Origin: Thraustochytrium aureum
Lineage: Eukaryota
Direction: 5' to 3'
Assembly (NCBI GenBank): GCA_012862495.1
Contig: BLSG01000269.1
Span: 10,381-74,380, forward strand
DNA length: 64,000 bases
Positions within the stretch are counted from its first letter, which is position 1. Each line of letters begins with the position of its first letter. Positions 56,916 through 64,000 of this stretch are shown piece by piece. The notes beneath the pieces were generated by a model. That model had not been told where the DNA came from and did not search any database. It saw nothing but the letters and a program-made list of their open reading frames with translations. The position numbers and the translations under genes are program-made.

Positions 56916-57864
56916 NNNNNNNNNNNNNNNNNNNNNNNNNNNNNNNNNNNNNNNNNNNNNNNNNNNNNNNNNNNNNNNNNNNNNNNNNNNNNNNNNNNNN
57001 NNNNNNNNNNNNNNNNNNNNNNNNNNNNNNNNNNNNNNNNNNNNNNNNNNNNNNNNNNNNNNNNNNNNNNNNNNNNNNNNNNNNNNNNNNNNNNNNNNNN
57101 NNNNNNNNNNNNNNNNNNNNNNNNNNNNNNNNNNNNNNNNNNNNNNNNNNNNNNNNNNNNNNNNNNNNNNNNNNNNNNNNNNNNNNNNNNNNNNNNNNNN
57201 NNNNNNNNNNNNNNNNNNNNNNNNNNNNNNNNNNNNNNNNNNNNNNNNNNNNNNNNNNNNNNNNNNNNNNNNNNNNNNNNNNNNNNNNNNNNNNNNNNNN
57301 NNNNNNNNNNNNNNNNNNNNNNNNNNNNNNNNNNNNNNNNNNNNNNNNNNNNNNNNNNNNNNNNNNNNNNNNNNNNNNNNNNNNNNNNNNNNNNNNNNNN
57401 NNNNNNNNNNNNNNNNNNNNNNNNNNNNNNNNNNNNNNNNNNNNNNNNNNNNNNNNNNNNNNNNNNNNNNNNNNNNNNNNNNNNNNNNNNNNNNNNNNNN
57501 NNNNNNNNNNNNNNNNNNNNNNNNNNNNNNNNNNNNNNNNNNNNNNNNNNNNNNNNNNNNNNNNNNNNNNNNNNNNCGTTTGGTCTGCGTGGTTGCCTGG
57601 CGGGCGCCGCGGCAGTCCCGGATCAGGGCAGCAGCAGCAGCAGCAGCAGCAGCACGAGGAGGAGGAGGAGGAGGAGGGGCGCTGCTGTGCGAGCACGGCG
57701 TTAGGGGCTTTGGCGCGCGTGCGCTCAGGCGGGTTGGTTGGAACGGCGGTGGAGGTTTAGCTCGACTTGGGCCGCGTTGGCAGCGAAGGGTACGACGCCT
57801 GCCTGGGCTCGCTGGAGCGCGGCGGCGGGCGGGAAGGAGGTCGAGTGGCGCGGCGGGCGGGGCG

Positions 57865-58572
57865 ATGGAGGAGACTCCGAGCCACACGCTGTATGTGCGG
57901 AATATGGACGGCAAGGTGCACCCGGAGAGGATCAAGCTGCTGCTGTACACCGCGTTCTCCAGGTACGGGAACGTGATTGATGTGGTCTGCTCACGGCGAG
58001 CGGGGATTCGCGGGCAGGCGTGGGTCGTCTTTCGCGAAGTCGCGCAGGCCACCCAGGCCAAGAAAGCGATGACCGGCGCGGAGCTGTTTGGAAAGGAGAT
58101 CGACATTCACTTCGCAAAGAATAAATCCGACGCCGTGGCTCGCCTCGACGGGACATACAAGCTCCGCCCAAAGCGCAAGACGAGTGTTTCCGGGAAAGAG
58201 AACGGTGCAGTAGCGGCGCCCGTTGGCCCTGCCCCAGAGCCGAAGCGTCGCTCTGTGGAAACCAAGACCGACGCCGACACAAAGGGTAGTGCTGGGTCCG
58301 CCGCCGCTGGCGCTGATTCCGTGGCTGGGCCACAGGAGCCGCCGCACCAGGTTCTCTTCGCGGCGGGGCTGCCGAATGTGCTTCCTCCCAATACGCTCGA
58401 GACGCTCTTCAAACAGTATGCAGGATTCACGGGCGTTCGTGCGGTTCCGAGCCGAAACGTTGCGTTTATCGACTTTGACTCGGAAGCACATGCAACTCTC
58501 GCCAAAATTGGCCTTGATGGCTTCAAGCTAGACGCCGAGCACAAGCTCGCGCTCACGTATGCGAAGAAGTGA
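57865..58572 (+). CDS. SNRPA/SNRPB2: U1A/U2B'' snRNP protein (two RRMs)
   Basis: PSHTLYVRN, RGQAWVVF, FAKNKSD, PPHQVLF, LFKQYAGF, AFIDF, TYAKK*. Confidence 0.95.
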   Translation: MEETPSHTLYVRNMDGKVHPERIKLLLYTAFSRYGNVIDVVCSRRAGIRGQAWVVFREVAQATQAKKAMTGAELFGKEIDIHFAKNKSDAVARLDGTYKLRPKRKTSVSGKENGAVAAPVGPAPEPKRRSVETKTDADTKGSAGSAAAGADSVAGPQEPPHQVLFAAGLPNVLPPNTLETLFKQYAGFTGVRAVPSRNVAFIDFDSEAHATLAKIGLDGFKLDAEHKLALTYAKK

Positions 58573-58733
58573 TGCATGCGAAGGGTTAATTTTTTCTTTT
58601 CCTTGATTCCCCCGCCGTCATTTCCGTAGGATTGTCATCTTGAAAGGTGTTGGTCAGTGGTTGCAGGTCACAGCCCGAGCAAAGCTGGAAATACACGAGG
58701 CCCTCGCGCGAGGACGCGGCCTGCGAACCGTTC

Positions 58734-59537
58734 CTATGACTTGGCGAGCTGCGGGCGCACGTTCCTCCTTGGAAGCCGAACCAGCTCTACGGAGGAGAGT
58801 AGCATGATGCCAAGCGGGAGCTCTGTCACGGGCTGGTCGCCTCCGAGGCCGATTATCTGAAGGCTTTGAGACATCTCCTGCCACCGCACCTCAGCGAGGG
58901 CCTCGTCGGTTAAGCAGTTGTCGTCTAGCTCAAGCTCGACGAGGTGCCGAAGGCGACGCAGCCTCTCTGGAATCTGCGAGATGCGGTTTCCCGTCACGCT
59001 CAGCTGAGTCAGCTTGCGAAGCTCGAACACGGCGCCTGGGATGGACTCGAGGCGGTTGGTGTCCAGACGTAGCTCGCGAAGCGCCTTCAAGTTGCCTATT
59101 TCGCTCGGGAGGTCCGTCAGTGCGTTGCCGCTCAGAAGGAGCCGCTCAAGCCGGGCGAGCTGGCCAACTGATCGAGGCACGCTCGCTAGCTTGTTGTTGG
59201 CCATACCCAAAGTGCGCAGGTTGAGCAGCGACCCAATTTGCTGAGACAATAGCACGACCTCCTGGTTGGTGACCCAAAGCTCGCGCAGGCCCTGCCCTGT
59301 GTCGCGGCGCATGCGGTACCTTTGGAAAACTTCGTTCGGCACCATAAACAGTTTGTCAGTCTCGGCAAAGGCTTCTACCTGGCCCGTTTCACGGGCATCG
59401 CCGAGGCCTTCGGTAGCATCCTCATTGCGCTCGTCAGGCTGCTCGACCGTCCGAGGCAATTTGGCACCGGGCTGACGATGTTTGTACGCAGACGCATCAA
59501 CCACCCATGCCGACGCGCCTCTGCGCGCTGCAGCCAT
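58734..59537 (-). CDS. leucine-rich repeat protein
   Basis: L..L.L..N.L..LP..IG.L repeats. Confidence 0.9.
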   Translation of the reverse strand: MAAARRGASAWVVDASAYKHRQPGAKLPRTVEQPDERNEDATEGLGDARETGQVEAFAETDKLFMVPNEVFQRYRMRRDTGQGLRELWVTNQEVVLLSQQIGSLLNLRTLGMANNKLASVPRSVGQLARLERLLLSGNALTDLPSEIGNLKALRELRLDTNRLESIPGAVFELRKLTQLSVTGNRISQIPERLRRLRHLVELELDDNCLTDEALAEVRWQEMSQSLQIIGLGGDQPVTELPLGIMLLSSVELVRLPRRNVRPQLAKS

Positions 59538-59869
59538 GCCTGGTTGTGGTCCAACTCGCTGAGCCCTGCAGAACTGCCTTCAGCACCTTGCCCACCGCGT
59601 GCCCGGCCTCGCCGCACAAGCCACACCGGCGGCCAATCGCTTCTAGCTGCCTGAAATGTCCTGCAGGCCCGGAGCGCCGATGTCTTGCTCTGCTCGTGCA
59701 TCCCCCAACGGATCTGTTCATCTGCGAGAAAAATCGATTGAATGGAGCAGCGCAATCGGTTGCTGGATTCCGCGAAGGCTTGCAGACCTCCTACAAGGCG
59801 GTTGCGTCCAGGCGTGCGTTGTCTTTGGCGGTCCAAGGCGGCCCACGGCGGTCGTAGAGGTGTTTGGCG

Positions 59870-61181
59870 ATGGCTTCGGGCGACGGGCCAGGGCCGTCGA
59901 CGTCCTCGTCGTCCTGGAACAGAAACAATCCCGCGATTCGAAGGATTTTGGCCGATGTTCGCGAGCTCGGCGACGATCCCAGCGACCAGTACGCAGCAAG
60001 GCCGTGCGAGGTAAGGGCCGCGCGCAGAGATGGGGTGGCTGAGGCTTGTGGTTGCTGACGGTGGCGCGCATGCAGGATGATATGTTCTCTTGGCACTTTG
60101 TCATTCGCGGACCGCCGGGGACGGAGTATGACGGAGGACGGTACCACGGCCGTATTGTGCTGCCGCCAGACTATCCATTCAAGCCCCCGAGCATTATGTT
60201 TTTGACGCCGAATGGGCGATGGGAAGTGAACACGAAGATATGCCTCACTATCTCGGCCCACCACCCCGAGGAGTGGCAGCCTGCGTAAGTGGTCGACGGC
60301 CGCAGTTTTTTGCGCTTGCGAATGCACCGCTCTCCACTCGGCGGTGCCTGCAAAGCGGCCCGCGCGCTGACGAACGGTACTGCTTGGCCCGCGACCGCGC
60401 TCACTTGCACCATGCAGCTGGGGAGTGCGGACGATCCTTGAGGCGCTTATAAGCTTCATGACCGCGCCCGGCGACGGCGCCGTTGGCGCGCTGGATTTCA
60501 CGCCGGAGGAGCGCCGGCGCCTTGCAAGGGAAAGCCAACGCTATACCCACGCCATGATGCCAGACCTCCCGCCGCTGCGCGCCCTGTCAGAGGCCGACAA
60601 AACAGCTCCAAAACGGAACAAGTACCAGGAAGAAATCGCAAAGATGCATATCGTCAGCCTCGAGCCAAAAGCCGCGCGAGCACGAGCCTGCGCCGGGCGA
60701 GCAACCTGTACAAAATGACGCCTCCGCCCCTGCCCCTGCACCGGCAGAGGCTCAAGCTGGGGCAGGCGTTGCGAGCCCAGCACCTGGGCCAGGTCCAACT
60801 GCGTCTGAAACGGACAAGCAGTCGACCCTCCTCCACAAAGCGAGAGCGAGCTGCGCCACAGAGCGGCAGTCCACCCACCGGCCCCTGCCCAAGGCTCAGT
60901 GCGACCCCAGGCTCCGCCTGCGACGCAGAATCGGCAACAGGCTGGGGCCGCAGCGNNNNNNNNNNNNNNNNNNNNNNNNNNNNNNNNNNNNNNNNNNNNN
61001 NNNNNNNNNNNNNNNNNNNNNNNNNNNNNNNNNNNNNNNNNNNNNNNNNNNNNNNNNNATTACACAGCGAAGACCTGAGGAACGAACGGACTGGTTGCTC
61101 TACTACGCGATCGTGTTGGCCCTCATCATTTTTGCGATCCTGTATCGGAAGGCCTTGCGCAACTTTCGCGAGGAAATCTGA
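59870..61181 (+). CDS. UBE2J1: ER-anchored ubiquitin-conjugating enzyme Ubc6/UBE2J1; introns 60011-60075 and 60285-60417
   Basis: WHFVIRGP, YPFKPPSI, KICLTISAHHPEEWQPA|WGVRTIL after splicing; C-terminal TM WLLYYAIVLALIIFAILYRK, stop at 61179-61181. Confidence 0.92.
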
Positions 61182-61260
61182 ACCGGGGCACTCCTCAACA
61201 GTCAGGGCCCTAAGAGTCTACTCGGCTTGCCCAACCTAGAAGCTTTTAAACCTGTCGCTC

Positions 61261-61557
61261 GCCGGCAAGACCTTTCTGCCCTTCGCGCTCGACGCCACTG
61301 GTGGCTGAGGCACGCAGACCTTGTTTGATCATTCTTGGCTGTTTCGTCAAGAGGCTGCTTTGTGCAACTATTTCGACCGCGGGTGATCGGTCGTCAACGA
61401 GTTTGTCGAGGACGCTTTCGCGTCAACATCAGAAGGCCATCAATCATTCGTTAGGCTCTTTAGTATTTTGGTTGCGAGTCCGGCTCTTCGGGGCACTCTA
61501 GCACACGGCTTCAGTCGCGCACAGAGGTATACCGTCTCAGGCTGCGTTAGGAGGCCG
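61261..61557 (+). mobile_element. degenerate non-LTR retrotransposon 3' fragment, copy B (internal stops)
   Basis: AGKTFLPFALDATGG*GTQ...CNYFD..*SVVNEF; colinear with copy A. Confidence 0.6.
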
Positions 61558-64000
61558 TCATAGCCTCAGGCTGCCGTAGACAGGCATTTAAACCACTTGG
61601 ATCGTGGTCAAAGGAAATAATTGATGGCCGCCGACTAGGCGCACCGAACTTGACATCCGGGACACTGATACTTGGCCGTGTCGTATTGCGTTCGATTGGC
61701 TGGTTGCCACTTGGCCGTCGAAAGCCAACACTGGGCCGCCTTTCGTTAGCGATGTTGAGGCCAAAGTGCGCTGGCTTTGCATCTGCTTCACGGTCGCGCT
61801 GGGTCCCACTCGCAGGGTGGCGCAGAGGCGGCAAGAAAATGATACTGCCTCGGTTCGCCTCCGTTCCTGCCCCCCACGCAAGCGACTCTGTGATCGAGCG
61901 CCGCTCCACGTTCGGGGGCGGCCCACCCGCTCGCCCACTTGGCAACAGGATCGAAGTACTTGCTGATGCGCGAATCGGTTGTAGGGTGCCAGCGGGCCCG
62001 CTCACAAATTCGCCTTGCAATCCTGCGCTCGCTCCTGCGCGAACCGATGCTCCGGAGCTCGCGACAAGGCTGCCGAGAGCCTCTTCGGGTGGAGAAGGGC
62101 TGGATGTCGGCACGACGGAAGCAGTTGAACGGAGGGTGGACATGGTTGCTTCCCGCCGCAGCTTGGTCATCATGCGTGACAAGGATCCATGCCGACGATC
62201 ATCTCCTGCAACCGTAGCGCGTCCTTTAAGAAAGGACCCGCCTCGAGCGTGAGAGTCATCCAGCCCACAGCTGTCCTTCCCGCGACTTATGCACATTTCT
62301 TGTTGGGTCGTTGGCGGCCCAGAGTCCGTCTCACCCCCAGGCGAGAGATGCTGCAAGAACAGAGTGGATCGGGTGGCCGTCTGCATGCGCTTTAGCATTT
62401 CATGCCCCTTGCGAATCAGTTGACCACCAGGCGCGGCGTCACCTCCTTCACTACTTGAACAATTTTTAACGAGAGCAGTGCGCAGGTGAGCGGCGATGCC
62501 GGTGCCGCGGGACTTGCCAGCATTCGTCTGCGAATGGGGCGCAGCAAGCTGCTTCTCGGACGAGCTCTCGGGCCCGAAGGCGTCCAGGAGCTCCTGTATC
62601 GGAAGAAAAGCAGTGCCTGCTCCTTTTGCAATCGGGTCCTCCTTCAATGTTCCACCAAGAGACTTTGGAAGACATCTGCGGCCAAGCAGTCGCGCCAGCT
62701 TTCGTTTGCCGCGCTCGTCTGTGGACACGACGTCGACATTCTCGAACAGATTGAGAGCTGCCTTTCGGTTCAAGAAAAGGATCGCGTCCACCACCAGCTG
62801 AGGCTTGGCAACGACGAGAGTCGAAGTTCCCGCAAAGAGACCTGGGTAGAACGGACGCAGCCTGAGAAACGCTTCACGGTACCGTGCGAACCGGACGTGA
62901 TCCTCGCTCCTCAAGTCGTCCATGACGACCAAGAAGGTCGCTCGAACAACAGATTCATACCGGGCCGACAGCTGATCCAGCAGCACTGCCAGGTACTCGT
63001 GGACCTCGCGCAGCCCGTCGACGAGCCGCTCCGTCGACATCGTTGCCAGAGCCCTGCGGTTGCACTGACTGCCAACGAGGCCCAAGAAAACGACGCGCTT
63101 GCGCGCCGCGTCAAACGACATCACTGGGTGGATCCCCAAGACTTCGCGCATCTCTTTCAAACCACTGACGTGGTTGATGGCCACGTTGTTCCGCCAAATT
63201 CGGTTTCGTGCGAGGTCCATCCGGTGCTCTAACCGCCAGGCTACCAGTTGGGTGAAAGCCACGCTCGCCTCAAGAACGTTTCCTCCACATACTTCCAGTA
63301 GCCGGTGGAGCGCCAGGTGGCCAAATACCTCGGGCGGGAGCTGGCTGAGCTCGACGCCTGCTGCGACGAGGTCCAGCATGCGAGTTTGGCCATCCTGGCG
63401 GAGCCCTGTCTCTGTATCAAGGGGGAGCATCGGCACCTTCCCATTCATGGGACGAGCCGCGCCAGGCGAAGTCTTCCGCAGCGTCATGATCGCGGCGCGC
63501 TCGCTCTCCAAGAGGTACTGCTGAAGCTCCAGCACGAGCTCGACACTTTCGCGCTCAACGTCCGAGAAGAAGTCCAGAACGCAATACCTCGCCCGCAGGT
63601 CCGCCGAGAGGGTGCGGAAAACGGCAGTGCCAAGCGCCCATGGGTCTCGCGATGTCACGCGATTCTCCCCAAACGCGAGCTGACCCTGCAATGAGAGCGG
63701 GATTACATCCTCGGAGAAGTGCGCAAAAAGCCGCTGCGCCTTGCTGACAAGAACCACGGACAGATTCGCTGTCGCCATGGCCTCACTGCGCGTGAATGCA
63801 TCTCCAAACGATACAAAGAAAGGGCTTGGATCCCACAGCGCGAGCGTCGTCTTGAAGGGGTACCGCCCAAATACGCGCAAGATGGCGTCGAAGGTCTGAA
63901 GGAGCAGCTCGACCGTCTCGCCGCCTTCGCATGCCGGCTCGCCTTGCGCGTTGCACAGAACGCAGAGCGAATACACCTGGCCCTGGCTTGCCGCGACTGA
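61547..64000 (-). CDS. CRAL-TRIO/Sec14-like lipid-binding domain protein with disordered C-terminus; probably starts beyond the window
   Basis: LHRLL...GGNV.EA...F...VAWR (CRAL-TRIO N), FYPG, L..LLG..CLPKSLGG. Confidence 0.7.
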   Translation of the reverse strand, partial: SVAASQGQVYSLCVLCNAQGEPACEGGETVELLLQTFDAILRVFGRYPFKTTLALWDPSPFFVSFGDAFTRSEAMATANLSVVLVSKAQRLFAHFSEDVIPLSLQGQLAFGENRVTSRDPWALGTAVFRTLSADLRARYCVLDFFSDVERESVELVLELQQYLLESERAAIMTLRKTSPGAARPMNGKVPMLPLDTETGLRQDGQTRMLDLVAAGVELSQLPPEVFGHLALHRLLEVCGGNVLEASVAFTQLVAWRLEHRMDLARNRIWRNNVAINHVSGLKEMREVLGIHPVMSFDAARKRVVFLGLVGSQCNRRALATMSTERLVDGLREVHEYLAVLLDQLSARYESVVRATFLVVMDDLRSEDHVRFARYREAFLRLRPFYPGLFAGTSTLVVAKPQLVVDAILFLNRKAALNLFENVDVVSTDERGKRKLARLLGRRCLPKSLGGTLKEDPIAKGAGTAFLPIQELLDAFGPESSSEKQLAAPHSQTNAGKSRGTGIAAHLRTALVKNCSSSEGGDAAPGGQLIRKGHEMLKRMQTATRSTLFLQHLSPGGETDSGPPTTQQEMCISRGKDSCGLDDSHARGGSFLKGRATVAGDDRRHGSLSRMMTKLRREATMSTLRSTASVVPTSSPSPPEEALGSLVASSGASVRAGASAGLQGEFVSGPAGTLQPIRASASTSILLPSGRAGGPPPNVERRSITESLAWGAGTEANRGSIIFLPPLRHPASGTQRDREADAKPAHFGLNIANERRPSVGFRRPSGNQPIERNTTRPSISVPDVKFGAPSRRPSIISFDHDPSGLNACLRQPEAMTAS

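Noticed and set aside
1625..58572. Long ORFs spanning N-runs (e.g. 55086..58106, 56647..58572, 10088..12076)
   Set aside because: They are artefacts of stop-free gaps. Only the segments with recognisable motifs were used.
267..61181. Pervasive frameshifts as programmed ribosomal frameshifting or mass pseudogenisation
   Set aside because: Shifts occur in both directions, often in homopolymer runs, share no slippery motif and hit housekeeping genes in a gappy draft. Sequencing error is far more likely.
1..64000. tRNA/rRNA genes and numerous antisense overlapping ORFs
   Set aside because: No RNA-gene signatures were seen by eye. Antisense ORFs are expected at this GC content.

Overview
This is a gene-dense, GC-rich eukaryotic draft-assembly window with about 20 N-gaps. 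It is not prokaryotic: it has GTAAG..CAG spliceosomal introns, snRNP, ubiquitin and kinesin genes, and axonemal genes. The gene content, sparse introns and PT-linker trypsins suggest a flagellated protist, possibly a thraustochytrid/labyrinthulomycete stramenopile (inference only). About 25 protein-coding genes are visible: PRP40-like FF protein, sulfotransferase, atypical Rab-like GTPase, MECR-like reductase, kinesin, a Mid1/FAM155-like Cys-rich protein, four tandem secreted trypsins with an inserted ankyrin gene, DNALI1, WDR93, WW/zf-C2HC protein, phospholipase D, DH-PH-IQ RhoGEF, a bacterial-looking membrane-anchored metallophosphoesterase, MAPR/cyt-b5-TPR, TPR-SGNH, U1A/U2B'', LRR, UBE2J1 and a CRAL-TRIO protein. 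Many CDSs carry single-base frameshifts, most likely sequencing errors. The most notable observations are the Mid1/FAM155 homolog, a recurrent basic 4-Cys module on the trypsins, a probable MECR pseudo-enzyme, a helically phased AATCG array in a bidirectional promoter, and two degenerate copies of an RLE-type non-LTR retroelement 3' end. All family assignments come from motif recognition by eye, not database searches.
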